64,000 bases of DNA from Alphaproteobacteria bacterium (GTDB lineage: Bacteria > Pseudomonadota > Alphaproteobacteria > MPNO01). A program made the position numbers and the translations under genes. Location of the stretch: assembly GCA_965248835.1 (NCBI GenBank), contig CBDFLJ010000001.1, positions 608,001 to 672,000 on the forward strand, written 5' to 3'. The notes below the pieces were generated by a model. The model did no database searches, was not told the origin of the DNA, and saw only the letters and a list, made by a program, of their open reading frames with translations. This document shows positions 29,085 to 38,563 of the stretch, piece by piece. Each line of letters begins with the position of its first letter. Positions within the stretch are counted from its first letter, which is position 1.

Positions 29085-30014
29085 ATGACCACGCTTCTTC
29101 TGCATCACGAGAGCTCGGCCAGGCACGACACCGGTCGGGGCCATCCTGAGCGGCCGGGGCGAATCGAGGCGGTGATGCGCGCCCTTGCCGAGGAGCCGTT
29201 CGCGGCGCTCGTCCGCCGCGAGGCGCCCGCGGCGAGCCCCGACCAGCTTGCCCGCGCCCATCCGGCCGCCTTCGTCGAGGCGCTGCTGGATGCGATCCCC
29301 GAAGAAGGGCTTGCCCGGATCGACGCCGACACGGTCGTCTCGCCGGATTCGGGCGAGGCCTCGATCCGGGCCGCCGGTGCGATCGTGGCCGCGATCGATG
29401 CGGTCTTCGCGGGCGAGGCGCACAACGCCTTCTGCGCCGTCCGCCCGCCGGGTCACCATGCCGAGCCCATGCGCAGCATGGGTTTCTGCCTGTTCAACAA
29501 CGTCGCCGTGGGCGCTTTCCACGCGCGCGCCGCCCACGGCGCGGAACGGATCGCGGTGGTCGATTTCGACGTCCACCACGGCAACGGCACCCAGGCGATG
29601 TTCGAGGCCGACCCCAACCTGTTCTTCGCCTCCACCCACGAGTTCCCGCTCTACCCCGGGACCGGGCGGGCGGAGGAAACCGGGCTCGGCAACATCGTCA
29701 ACGTGCCGCTGCGCGGCGGCTCGGGCTCGGCGGAATTCCGCGCCGGGATGGAGCGGGCGATCCTGCCGGCGCTCGCCGCCTTCAAGCCCGACCTGATTCT
29801 CGTCTCCGCCGGCTTCGATGCCCACGCCGAGGATCCGCTGGCGTCCTTGCAGCTCCGTGAGGCGGACTATGCCTGGGTCACGCGGCGGCTTTGCGGGCTG
29901 GCCGAGGAGCTGTGTGCCGGACGCATCGTCGCCACGCTCGAAGGCGGCTACGACCTCGACGCGCTGGCCGCAAGCGTCAGCGCCCATGTCGCGGAATTGA
30001 TGGAGGCGGCGTGA
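29085..30014 (+). CDS. Histone deacetylase family protein
   Basis: GHPERP, RPPGHHA, GFCLFNN, DFDVHHGNGT, SAGFDAH, LEGGY. Confidence 0.95.
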   Translation: MTTLLLHHESSARHDTGRGHPERPGRIEAVMRALAEEPFAALVRREAPAASPDQLARAHPAAFVEALLDAIPEEGLARIDADTVVSPDSGEASIRAAGAIVAAIDAVFAGEAHNAFCAVRPPGHHAEPMRSMGFCLFNNVAVGAFHARAAHGAERIAVVDFDVHHGNGTQAMFEADPNLFFASTHEFPLYPGTGRAEETGLGNIVNVPLRGGSGSAEFRAGMERAILPALAAFKPDLILVSAGFDAHAEDPLASLQLREADYAWVTRRLCGLAEELCAGRIVATLEGGYDLDALAASVSAHVAELMEAA

Positions 30015-30026
30015 CACGCCGCCGAG

Positions 30027-30455
30027 TGTCGCCAGCAACCGGAATTGTCGGTTTTGTAGCACATCGATTGTCCGCTTCCGTCGAGGTTGCCGGCCCTGCG
30101 GGGCTCGGCCGGAAGTACCGCCTCATCCATCGTGACCGCCGCGAGCGGCCGCTTGGCGTCGTCCCTGCGCCGCGCCGCTTCAGCGGCCCCGCAAGGGTTA
30201 CGCCATGCTTTACGCGGCGAAAGCCGTGCGCGGCCGGTTTTTGGGGAGTTCTTGCGCATAATCGCTTATATGCCGGCGGCGCCGCGAACGCCCGCCGACG
30301 GCCTGTGTCACGGCGATGCCCCGGCACATAGGGAAACTTCTGCATCCTGCGTTCCGCCAGCCATGCCGTCCGGGTCATCACTGCGCTTCTCTCTGAGACA
30401 TCTAACCGGACAACGCGTGTGCTCGCTGAACCGGACAGATCACGTGTTGGCGGCA
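30027..30455 (-). mobile_element. Non-autonomous ISNCY/IS1202-like element (internally deleted IS / MITE)
   Basis: Imperfect terminal IRs TGTCGCCAGCAAC.. / TGCCGCCAACACG.. with repeated subterminal (C)GGACA motifs; end AAGCGGACAATCGATGTGCTACAAAACCGACA typical of this group; transposase N-terminal remnant. Confidence 0.7.
30318..30378 (-). pseudogene. ISNCY-like transposase N-terminal remnant (~20 codons)
   Basis: MTRTAWLAERRMQKFPYVPG resembles the MxRTxxLQxxRMxKF starts of ISNCY transposases; similarity ends soon after. Confidence 0.55.
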
Positions 30456-30524
30456 CGTGTGCCGCCGCCCGGTTGCCGAGCCCAAACAGTCCCTCTAGTG
30501 TCTCGGGACAGCGGGAAAGATGGA

Positions 30525-30779
30525 ATGGCGGAAGCCGACACGAGCGCGCCCGAGATTTCGGGCCTTTCATTCGAAGACGCCCTGGCGGAGCTCGAAACGA
30601 TCGTCCGCCGGTTGGAGGAAGGCGGCGGCAAGCTCGACGACGCGATCGGCGCCTATGAACGCGGCATCGCGCTGAAAAAGCATTGCGAGGCCAAGCTGAG
30701 CGAGGCAAAGGCAAAGGTCGACAAGATCGCTTTCGACGACACCGGTGCGGTCGGCCTGGAGCCCGCCGGCCTCGAGTGA
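30525..30779 (+). CDS. xseB: Exodeoxyribonuclease VII small subunit
   Basis: LSFEDALAELETIVRRLE..LDDAIGAYERG...CEAKL. Confidence 0.95.
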   Translation: MAEADTSAPEISGLSFEDALAELETIVRRLEEGGGKLDDAIGAYERGIALKKHCEAKLSEAKAKVDKIAFDDTGAVGLEPAGLE

Positions 30780-30817
30780 GGTCCTGATCGAACCCCGCCT
30801 GGCCGAATCGATCGCCG

Positions 30818-31594
30818 ATGACGCCGCAGCAAAGCCGAAACGGGCCTAGCCGGCCGGGCGCCAAACAGCGCCTGGATTGGCTTGTCGAGGCCCGCGGGCT
30901 CGCGCCGAGCCGGACCCGGGCCCAGGCACTGATCCGCGCGGGCAAGGTGTTCTCCGCCGGCATGCGGCTCGACAAGCCCGGCCACCTGGTGCCCGCCGAT
31001 ATCGCGCTCGAAGTGCGCGGGCCGGCCCATCGGTGGGCGTCCCGCGGCGGGGTGAAGCTTGCCCACGCGCTCGATCACTTCGCAATCGCGGTCACCGGCT
31101 GCACCGCGCTCGATATCGGCGCCTCGACCGGCGGGTTCACCGACGTCCTGCTGGCGCGCGGCGCGGCCAAAGTCTACGCGGTCGATGTCGGCCGCGGCCA
31201 GCTCGACTGGCGGCTGCGCCAGGATCCGCGGGTGGTGGTGCTGGAACGCCTCAACGCGCGCCGTCTGAGCACCGCCCACATCCCCGAACCACCCGGGATC
31301 ATCACCTGCGACGTCAGCTTCATCGGGCTCGAGCTCGCCCTGCCGCCGGCGCTGACGCTCGCCGCACCCGGCGCCCGGCTGATCGCCCTGATCAAGCCCC
31401 AGTTCGAGGTCGGCAGGTCCGAGGTCGGCAAGGGCGGCATCGTCCGCGACGAAGCCGCGCGCGCGGCGGCGTGCGCCCGCATCGCGGCCTGGCTCGACAG
31501 CCGGCCGGGCTGGCGGACGGTGGGGCTGACCGAAAGCCCGATCACCGGCGCGGACGGCAACCGCGAGTACCTGATCGCCGGCTGCAAGGCATGA
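30818..31594 (+). CDS. tlyA: TlyA family rRNA methyltransferase
   Basis: S4 domain RLD..LV, SRGGVKL, DIGASTGGFTD, DVSFI, LIKPQFE, GNREY. Confidence 0.95.
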   Translation: MTPQQSRNGPSRPGAKQRLDWLVEARGLAPSRTRAQALIRAGKVFSAGMRLDKPGHLVPADIALEVRGPAHRWASRGGVKLAHALDHFAIAVTGCTALDIGASTGGFTDVLLARGAAKVYAVDVGRGQLDWRLRQDPRVVVLERLNARRLSTAHIPEPPGIITCDVSFIGLELALPPALTLAAPGARLIALIKPQFEVGRSEVGKGGIVRDEAARAAACARIAAWLDSRPGWRTVGLTESPITGADGNREYLIAGCKA

Positions 31595-31635
31595 CGCCGA
31601 AGACCCCTTGCGGACCGGCGCGCCCCGAACACGGC

Positions 31636-32706
31636 CTATCCGCATTGGGCACGGTGCAGGAGCAGGTGATCGGCAAGGACGCAGGCCATCATCGCCTCGC
31701 CCACCGGCACGGCGCGGATGCCGACGCAGGGATCATGCCGGCCGCGGGTCGCGATCTCGGTGTTCTCGCCCCCGGTGGTGATCGTCCGCCGCTTGGTGAG
31801 AATCGAGCTCGTCGGCTTGACCGCAAAGCGGACCAGGATCTCCTGGCCGGTCGAGATCCCGCCCAGGATCCCGCCGGCATTGTTGGACAGGAACGCAGGC
31901 TTGCCGCCGCGCATCCGCATCTCGTCGGCATTCGCCTCGCCCGACAGCCCGGCCGCGGCGAAGCCGGCGCCGATCTCCACGCCCTTGACCGCGTTGATGC
32001 CCATCACCGCAGCGGCCAGGTCGGCGTCGAGCTTGCCGTAGACCGGCGCGCCGAGACCGGCGCGAACCCCGCTCGCCACCACCTCGATCACCGCGCCGAG
32101 AGAGGATCCGGTTCGCCGGACCTCTTCCAGGCGGGCCGCCCAATCCTCGGCCGCCTGCGGATCGGGGCACCAGAACGGGTTGTCCTCGACCGTCTTCCAG
32201 TCCCAGCGCGCCCGGTCGATGGCGTGCGTGCCCATCTGGACCATCGCCCCGCGGATCCGGACCCGGCGGCCCAGGATCTTGCGGGCGATCGCGCCGGCGG
32301 CTACGCGGCCGGCGGTCTCGCGCGCCGAGGCCCGCCCGCCGCCGCGGTGGTCGCGGATGCCGTACTTGGCCTGATAGGTGTAATCGGCGTGTCCCGGCCT
32401 GAATTTGTCCCTGTTCTCGGAATAGTCCTTGGCGCGGGCATCCCGGTTGCGGATCAGCAGCGAGATCGGCGTGCCGGTGGTCCGCCCTTCGAAGACGCCG
32501 GACAGGATCTCCACCGTATCGGGCTCGCGCCGCTGGGTGACGAACCGGCTCTGACCGGGCTTGCGCTTGTCCAGCCAGAACTGGATGTCGTCCGCTGCCA
32601 AGGCGATACCGGGCGGCGTGCCGTCGATGACGCAGCCGATCGCCGGGCCGTGGCTTTCGCCCCAGGTGGTGAAGCGGAAGATCCTTCCGGATGTGTTGAA
32701 CGACAC
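31636..32706 (-). CDS. aroC: Chorismate synthase
   Basis: [37 protein letters not shown]. Confidence 0.97.
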   Translation of the reverse strand: MSFNTSGRIFRFTTWGESHGPAIGCVIDGTPPGIALAADDIQFWLDKRKPGQSRFVTQRREPDTVEILSGVFEGRTTGTPISLLIRNRDARAKDYSENRDKFRPGHADYTYQAKYGIRDHRGGGRASARETAGRVAAGAIARKILGRRVRIRGAMVQMGTHAIDRARWDWKTVEDNPFWCPDPQAAEDWAARLEEVRRTGSSLGAVIEVVASGVRAGLGAPVYGKLDADLAAAVMGINAVKGVEIGAGFAAAGLSGEANADEMRMRGGKPAFLSNNAGGILGGISTGQEILVRFAVKPTSSILTKRRTITTGGENTEIATRGRHDPCVGIRAVPVGEAMMACVLADHLLLHRAQCG

Positions 32707-32796
32707 GGCAGCGGCCTCCCGGCCCACCCGCCCGCGCGGCTAAGGGGTGTCTGTTTCAGGCCGCACCGGACCGGCCCGTTGGGAACCGGGCATCGG

Positions 32797-33618
32797 CTAG
32801 TCGGCCGCGACGGTGGCGATATCCGGCGCGTCGACCGCCTTCATGCCCACCACGTGATAGCCGCAATCGACGTGGTGGACCTCGCCCGTCACGCCGGCCG
32901 ACAGGTCGGAGAGCAGGTAGACGCCGGCGCCACCGACATCGTCGATCGTGACGTTGCGCTTGAGCGGTGCGTTGAGCTCGTTCCATTTCAAAATGTAGCG
33001 GAAATCCCCGATGCCCGATGCCGCGAGGGTCTTTATCGGCCCGGCCGAGATCGCGTTGACCCGCAAGTTGTCGCGGCCGAGGTCGGCGGCGAGGTACTTG
33101 ACGCTGGCCTCCAGCGCGGCCTTGGCGACGCCCATGACGTTGTAGTGCGGCATCACCCGCTCGGCGCCGGAAAAGGTCAGGGTCAGGAGGCTGCCGCCAC
33201 CGCGCATCAGTTCCGAGGCGCGCTTGCACACCGCGGTGAACGAGTAGCAGGAGATGTTCAAAGACATCGCGAAGTTCTCGGCCGAGGTGTCGACATAGCG
33301 GCCCTTGAGCTCGTCCTTGTCGGAGAACGCGATCGCATGAACCACGAAATCAAGCCCGCCCCAGCGGTCGGCGATTTGGCCGAAGACCCGGTCCAGGCTG
33401 GCGGAATCCGAGACGTCGCACTGCAGCAGGAACGATGAGCCGACCGATTCGGCGAGCGGCCCGACCCGCTTGATCAGCGCATCGTTCTGGTAGGTGAAGG
33501 CCAGTTCCGCACCGTGCCGGGACAGCATGCGAGCGATGCCCCAGGCGATCGAGCGGTCATTGGCGACGCCCATGATCAGCCCGCGTTTCCCGCCCATCAA
33601 CCCCTCGGACCGGGACAT
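32797..33618 (-). CDS. fabI: Enoyl-ACP reductase
   Basis: GVANDRSIAWGIA, YNVMGVAKAALE, SAGPIKTLAA. Confidence 0.97.
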   Translation of the reverse strand: MSRSEGLMGGKRGLIMGVANDRSIAWGIARMLSRHGAELAFTYQNDALIKRVGPLAESVGSSFLLQCDVSDSASLDRVFGQIADRWGGLDFVVHAIAFSDKDELKGRYVDTSAENFAMSLNISCYSFTAVCKRASELMRGGGSLLTLTFSGAERVMPHYNVMGVAKAALEASVKYLAADLGRDNLRVNAISAGPIKTLAASGIGDFRYILKWNELNAPLKRNVTIDDVGGAGVYLLSDLSAGVTGEVHHVDCGYHVVGMKAVDAPDIATVAAD

Positions 33619-33648
33619 GCAACCCTCGCTGAGATCTGTCGGCATGTG

Positions 33649-33672
33649 AAAAAAGCCCCCGCGCAGGGAGGC
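33649..33672 (-). terminator. Putative rho-independent terminator after the lipoprotein gene
   Basis: Minus strand GCCTCC-CTGCGC-GGGGGC followed by TTTTTT. Confidence 0.45.
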
Positions 33673-33722
33673 AGCGGCATCCTACACGAACTGCCACCGC
33701 CGTCCAACCGCCCGGCGCGGCC

Positions 33723-34202
33723 TCAATTGGCGATCTTCCAGCTTCCGTCCGGCTGCCGGCAGACCGTGCCGAAGGCCGTCTCGAGCTTGCCGTCGATGGT
33801 CACGGTCTGCTGGTATTCCCGGCAGTGCCCGCCCGAGGCCAGCTCGTAGGTCCTGGTCGGGGTGATCGTGCCTTCATTTCCGCTATCGGGGTTGCGCCAG
33901 CGCGCCTCCTCCCCGGTCCGGTTGTGCTCCAATGCCGTCTGAGCCGAGCGCTGCATCGCCAGACGGTCTGCCCGGTCGAGCGACTTGCCGACCTCACCGC
34001 CGATATACGCGCCTGCGAGGGTGCCGACGCTGACCACGGCGAGCCTGCCGAAGCCGCGGCCGATCTGCGATCCGGCCAGGGCGCCAAGCCCCGCACCGAT
34101 GAGCGCGCCGCCGGTTTCCTTCGGGCCGCGGCCGTCGCCGGCGCAGCCGGCCAGCGCCACGGCCAGAACCGCCACGATCGCATAGCGCGTCATGTTCATC
34201 AT
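33723..34202 (-). CDS. RT0821/Lpp0805 (17-kDa antigen-like) glycine-zipper lipoprotein
   Basis: Lipobox LAGC, glycine zipper, WRNPDSG, CREYQQ, CRQPDGSW. Confidence 0.9.
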   Translation of the reverse strand: MMNMTRYAIVAVLAVALAGCAGDGRGPKETGGALIGAGLGALAGSQIGRGFGRLAVVSVGTLAGAYIGGEVGKSLDRADRLAMQRSAQTALEHNRTGEEARWRNPDSGNEGTITPTRTYELASGGHCREYQQTVTIDGKLETAFGTVCRQPDGSWKIAN

Positions 34203-34378
34203 GGTCGCTCCCTCGTTTGAACGCCGCCGCGCGCAGGGTGCCGGCGCAGCGTCCGCGTCTCGTGCGGTAAATGGGGATTGAGACACCTGGGCCGCAATAA
34301 GATAACACTGCATCAATGCCGATTGAATGACCACCTGCTCGATCCGGCGAAGACCGCCGGTGGAGGCATCGACTCCCG

Positions 34379-34969
34379 ATGGCCGCCGATACGAAGGATC
34401 CGATCGCGCTGTTCGCTGCCTGGCTCGCCGAGGCGGAGGCGAGCGAGCCCAACGACCCGACGGCGATGACCCTGGCGACGATCGGTGCCGACGGGGCGCC
34501 GTCCGCCCGCATGGTCCTGCTGAAGGATGCCGACGCGCAGGGTTTCGTCTTCTACACCAACACCGAGAGCCGGAAGGGCGTCGAGCTCGATGCCGCCGGC
34601 CGTGCGGCGATGGTCTTTCACTGGAAGTCGCTGCGCCGCCAGGTCAGGGTCGAGGGCACGGTCGAGCGCGTTTCCGACACCGAGGCCGATGGCTATTTCG
34701 CCACCCGTGCGCGGGGCAGTCAGATCGGCGCCTGGGCATCGGACCAGTCACGGCCGATGACCGGCCGGTTCGCGCTCGAGAAGCGGGTTGCCTCCTTCGC
34801 GGCGAAGTTCGGCGCCGGCACCGTGCCCAGACCGCCGCACTGGACCGGCTACCGGCTGGTGCCGGCAGCGATCGAGTTCTGGCGCGACCGGCCGTTTCGG
34901 CTGCACGAGCGGATCCTCTATACCCGGTCCCGGTCGGGCCGGTGGGCGGCCGAGCGGCTTTACCCCTAA
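34379..34969 (+). CDS. pdxH: Pyridoxamine 5'-phosphate oxidase
   Basis: RMVLLK, FYTN..SRKG, RQVRVEG, GAWAS.QS, EFW..R.FRLHER. Confidence 0.96.
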   Translation: MAADTKDPIALFAAWLAEAEASEPNDPTAMTLATIGADGAPSARMVLLKDADAQGFVFYTNTESRKGVELDAAGRAAMVFHWKSLRRQVRVEGTVERVSDTEADGYFATRARGSQIGAWASDQSRPMTGRFALEKRVASFAAKFGAGTVPRPPHWTGYRLVPAAIEFWRDRPFRLHERILYTRSRSGRWAAERLYP

Positions 34970-35035
34970 TCGGCCTTGCGGGGGGCGTGGAAATCGCCGA
35001 TCCTCCGGCCAACGTTGTGTGACAAGGGAAGACTC

Positions 35036-35902
35036 ATGCGGTATCGGACCTTGCTGGTGCCCGTAAGCGCCCCCGACATCAGCCGGCCGGTCCTTGAAAC
35101 CGCGCTCCACCTAGCGCGGCGCTTCGATGCCCACATCGACGTTCTCCATGTCCGGCCCGACCCGCGCGGACTGGTCCCCTATACCGGCGAGGGCATGGAC
35201 GGCTCGATGATCGAGGAGATCATGGAGGTGACCGAGCGCGAGGGCAGCGACCGCGCGGTGCGCTCACGCGAGATGTTCGATGACTTCGTCTCCGACACGG
35301 GCTTGCGCGTGGTCGAGGAGCCGGACGAAACGGCCGGCGTGACACTGGCGTGGCGCACCCTGGTCGGGCGCGAGGACGAGGCGGTGGCCGTGGAGGGCCG
35401 GCTCTACGACATGGTTGTCGTCGGACGGCCGACCAAGGATGCCGCCCTGCCCTCGCCGATAACGCTGGAGGCGGCGCTGCTCGATACCGGGCGGCCGGTC
35501 CTTGTCGCACCGCCCCAAACGGCCGCATCGATGGGCAGGACCGTAGCGATCGCCTGGGAGGGTAGCCCCGAAGCGGCGCGCGCGATCGCCGATGCGATCC
35601 CGCTGCTCGAACAGGCCGAGAGCGTCCACATCCTGTCCACGGAAGCCGCCCAGGTCTCGCCGGTGAACCCCGAATCGCTGCAACGCCGACTCGCCTGGCA
35701 CGGCATCGGCGCGCGCATCGTGCATTTCGAGTCGACGGCCTCGGAGCTCGGCGCGGCGTTCCTTGCCCAATCGGCCACCGTCGGCGCCGACCTCCTGATC
35801 AAGGGCGCCTATTCCCAAAGCCGGCTGCGCCAGTTCATTCTCGGCGGCCGGACCCGCCACATCCTGGCGCATGCGGAGATCCCTGTCCTCCTGGCCCACT
35901 GA
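35036..35902 (+). CDS. Universal stress protein (tandem USP domains)
   Basis: GRPVLV, AWEGSPEAARA, GAYSQSRLRQFILGGRT. Confidence 0.9.
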   Translation: MRYRTLLVPVSAPDISRPVLETALHLARRFDAHIDVLHVRPDPRGLVPYTGEGMDGSMIEEIMEVTEREGSDRAVRSREMFDDFVSDTGLRVVEEPDETAGVTLAWRTLVGREDEAVAVEGRLYDMVVVGRPTKDAALPSPITLEAALLDTGRPVLVAPPQTAASMGRTVAIAWEGSPEAARAIADAIPLLEQAESVHILSTEAAQVSPVNPESLQRRLAWHGIGARIVHFESTASELGAAFLAQSATVGADLLIKGAYSQSRLRQFILGGRTRHILAHAEIPVLLAH

Positions 35903-35929
35903 CTGAGCCGGATCGCGGGAAGGACGCCG

Positions 35930-36673
35930 ATGGCCGGGCAAGCGCGACAAACCGTCGTTCTGACCGGTGCCAGCCGGGGGATCGGCCATGCGACCGTCAA
36001 ACGGTTCAGCGACGAAGGATGGCGGATCCTGACGTGCTCGCGCGAGGCGGTGCCCGAGGCCTGCAAGCGCGATCCGAACTGGACGAGCCATATCCCGACC
36101 GACCTGTCGGACCCGGCGAGCCTTGCCCGGTTCGTCGACCGGGCGATGGCCGAACTCGACGAGGCGCCGCTGCACGCGCTGGTCAACAACGCCGCGGTCT
36201 CGCCGAAGACCGACTACCAGGAGCGGCTCGGCTGCCTCAACGGCGACATCGAAGGCTGGCGCCGCGTGTTCGATCTCAACCTGTTCGCGCCCCTGATGCT
36301 CTCGCGCGGGTTCGCCGCGGCGCTCAACCGGGGCGGCGGGTCGATCGTCAACATCACCTCGGTCGCCGGCCACGCGATCCACCCCTTCGCGGGCTCGGCC
36401 TATTCGACATCCAAGGCGGCCCTTTCCGCCCTGACCCGCGAGATGGCGGTCGAGTTCGCCGAACTTGGCGTGCGGGTCAACGCGATCGCGCCCGGAGAGA
36501 TCGAAACCGAGATGACCGGGCCGGAATACGAGGCGCTGATCCCGCGGATCCCTCTCAATCGGATGGGCACCGCCGAGGAGGTCGCGGCCATCGTCCATCG
36601 GGTGTGCAGCGGGGAGTTCGGCTACGTCACCGGCACCGAGATCTTCGTTACCGGCGGCCAGCACCTGCTTTAG
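35930..36673 (+). CDS. SDR oxidoreductase (FixR-like)
   Basis: TGASRGIGHATVKRF, YSTSK, PGEIET. Confidence 0.9.
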   Translation: MAGQARQTVVLTGASRGIGHATVKRFSDEGWRILTCSREAVPEACKRDPNWTSHIPTDLSDPASLARFVDRAMAELDEAPLHALVNNAAVSPKTDYQERLGCLNGDIEGWRRVFDLNLFAPLMLSRGFAAALNRGGGSIVNITSVAGHAIHPFAGSAYSTSKAALSALTREMAVEFAELGVRVNAIAPGEIETEMTGPEYEALIPRIPLNRMGTAEEVAAIVHRVCSGEFGYVTGTEIFVTGGQHLL

Positions 36674-37214
36674 GCCGGAGCCCCTGCAGAGCGTCGCGCA
36701 ACCGCTCGAGCCAGTCGCAACGGGCCCGCGCGAGCGCGATGTCGTGGGCGAGCCAGTCGCCGAAATAGCCCGTTGCGCCGCCGTCGTCGGTTTCCAGGTC
36801 GCTGAGCCGGGCGATCTCCGCCTGGCAGGCCTCGATCATCATGTCGGCCTGGTCGCGGCGGTCGGCGGGCGCGAGCAGGTGCAGGAACCGCATCTTCAGC
36901 GAAAACGCGAGGCGACCGACATCGCTGTTGGGCGTCCGGATCGAGGTCAGCAGCAGCGTCTGGAGCTCGCGCCGGCCCGCCGCGGTAATCCGCAAGGGCG
37001 GGTCGTCGCCCGGGCCGTCAGCCTCGATCAGGCCTTCGGTGCGCAACAGCGCGATCGAGCTTCCCATCAGTTCGAGCGAGGGGCCGATGATGCGGCTGGC
37101 GAAATGCCTGACCGCGCCGGCGATCGCCGCATAGCGCTGCGGCTGCTCGCAGACAAAGCCCAGCGCCGCGAGCCGGATCGCCTCCTTGGGCAGCAGGGAA
37201 TTGTCGGCGAACAC
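36648..37214 (-). CDS. Conserved hypothetical protein, PadR-like winged-helix
   Basis: Directly downstream of hemA; LRTEGLI..ITAAGR wing motif and C-terminal helices. Confidence 0.65.
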   Translation of the reverse strand: MFADNSLLPKEAIRLAALGFVCEQPQRYAAIAGAVRHFASRIIGPSLELMGSSIALLRTEGLIEADGPGDDPPLRITAAGRRELQTLLLTSIRTPNSDVGRLAFSLKMRFLHLLAPADRRDQADMMIEACQAEIARLSDLETDDGGATGYFGDWLAHDIALARARCDWLERLRDALQGLRPKAGAGRR

Positions 37215-37259
37215 CGGTTCAGCCCACCCGCATCGGCTTGACGGATTTCCCGGCCACGC

Positions 37260-38471
37260 TCATGCGGCGAACCTGAGGTCGAAACGGTTCCAGATCTCGG
37301 TCAGCGCACCGACCAGACGATCCATCGCGTCATCGTCGTGCAGCGGCGTCGGCGTCAGGCGCAGCCTTTCGGTCCCCTTCGGCACGGTCGGATAGTTGAT
37401 CGGCTGGACGTAGATCGCATAGCGCGCCATCAGCTCGTCGGTCACCTGCTTGCAGCGGACCGCATCGCCGACGAACACCGGGACGACGTGCGAGGGCGAG
37501 GGCATCAGCGGCAGGCCGGCCGCGGCGAGCTTGCGCTTGAGCGTCTGGGCGCGCTCCTGATGGCGCTCGCGAATGGCTGTATCGGACTTCAGCGCCCGCA
37601 CACTTTCCAGCGCGCCGGCGGCAATCGCCGGCGGCAGCGCGGTGGTGAAGATGAAGCCGGCCGCGTAGCTGCGGATGAAATCGACCAGTGCGGCGGAGCC
37701 CGCGATATAGCCGCCGACCACCCCGAACGCCTTGGCGAGCGTGCCCTGGATGACGGTGATCCGGTGCATGTGACCGTCACGTTCGGCCACGCCCGCGCCG
37801 CGCGACCCGTACATGCCCACCGCATGGACTTCGTCCAGATAGGTCATCGCGCCGTGGCGCTCGGCGACGTCGCAGATCTCGCCGATCGGCGCGATATCGC
37901 CGTCCATCGAATAGACCGACTCGAAGGCGACGACCTTGGGCGCATCGGGGTCGCATTCGCCGAGGAGCTGGTCGAGATGGGCGATATCGTTGTGGCGGAA
38001 GATCTTCTTCTGCGCCTTGCTGTGGCGGATCCCGGCGATCATGGACGCGTGGTTGTAGGCATCGGACAGCAGCACGCAGCCGGGCATCGACTGGCCGAGC
38101 GTCCCGAGGCTCGCCTCGTTGGCGACATAGCCGGACGTGAACAGCAAAGCGGCCTCGGTACGGTGAAGATCGGCGAGCTCGCGCTCCAGCAGCACGTGGT
38201 AATGGGTGGTGCCGGAAATATTGCGCGTCCCGCCGGCGCCCGCGCCCACGCGGTCGAGCGCCTCGTGCATGGCCGCGACGACCCGCCTGTCCTGGCCCAT
38301 CCCCAGATAGTCGTTGGAGCACCACACGGTCACTTCGGCGGTGCCGCCGCCCTCATGGCTGGTGGCATGCGGGAAATCGCCCGCATGCCGCTCCAGATCC
38401 GCGAAGATCCGGTAGCGCCCTTCGTCCTTCAGGGCCGAGACCGCCTCGGCGAAAAATTTCTCATGGTCCAT
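37260..38471 (-). CDS. hemA: 5-aminolevulinate synthase
   Basis: [52 protein letters not shown]. Confidence 0.97.
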   Translation of the reverse strand: MDHEKFFAEAVSALKDEGRYRIFADLERHAGDFPHATSHEGGGTAEVTVWCSNDYLGMGQDRRVVAAMHEALDRVGAGAGGTRNISGTTHYHVLLERELADLHRTEAALLFTSGYVANEASLGTLGQSMPGCVLLSDAYNHASMIAGIRHSKAQKKIFRHNDIAHLDQLLGECDPDAPKVVAFESVYSMDGDIAPIGEICDVAERHGAMTYLDEVHAVGMYGSRGAGVAERDGHMHRITVIQGTLAKAFGVVGGYIAGSAALVDFIRSYAAGFIFTTALPPAIAAGALESVRALKSDTAIRERHQERAQTLKRKLAAAGLPLMPSPSHVVPVFVGDAVRCKQVTDELMARYAIYVQPINYPTVPKGTERLRLTPTPLHDDDAMDRLVGALTEIWNRFDLRFAA

Positions 38472-38563
38472 CGGTTCTTGATCCCGTCGGAGCCGTATTT
38501 CCTTTGCGACAGCATACGACGAGCACGCCGGATTTGAAATGCGCTGGATGGGCTTGCGCTGTT

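Noticed and set aside
29948-30259. 103-aa ORF ending ...SGQSMCYKTDNSGCWRH as a real gene
   Set aside because: It is a translation through the IS end sequence and overlaps the HDAC 3' end; no DDE domain.
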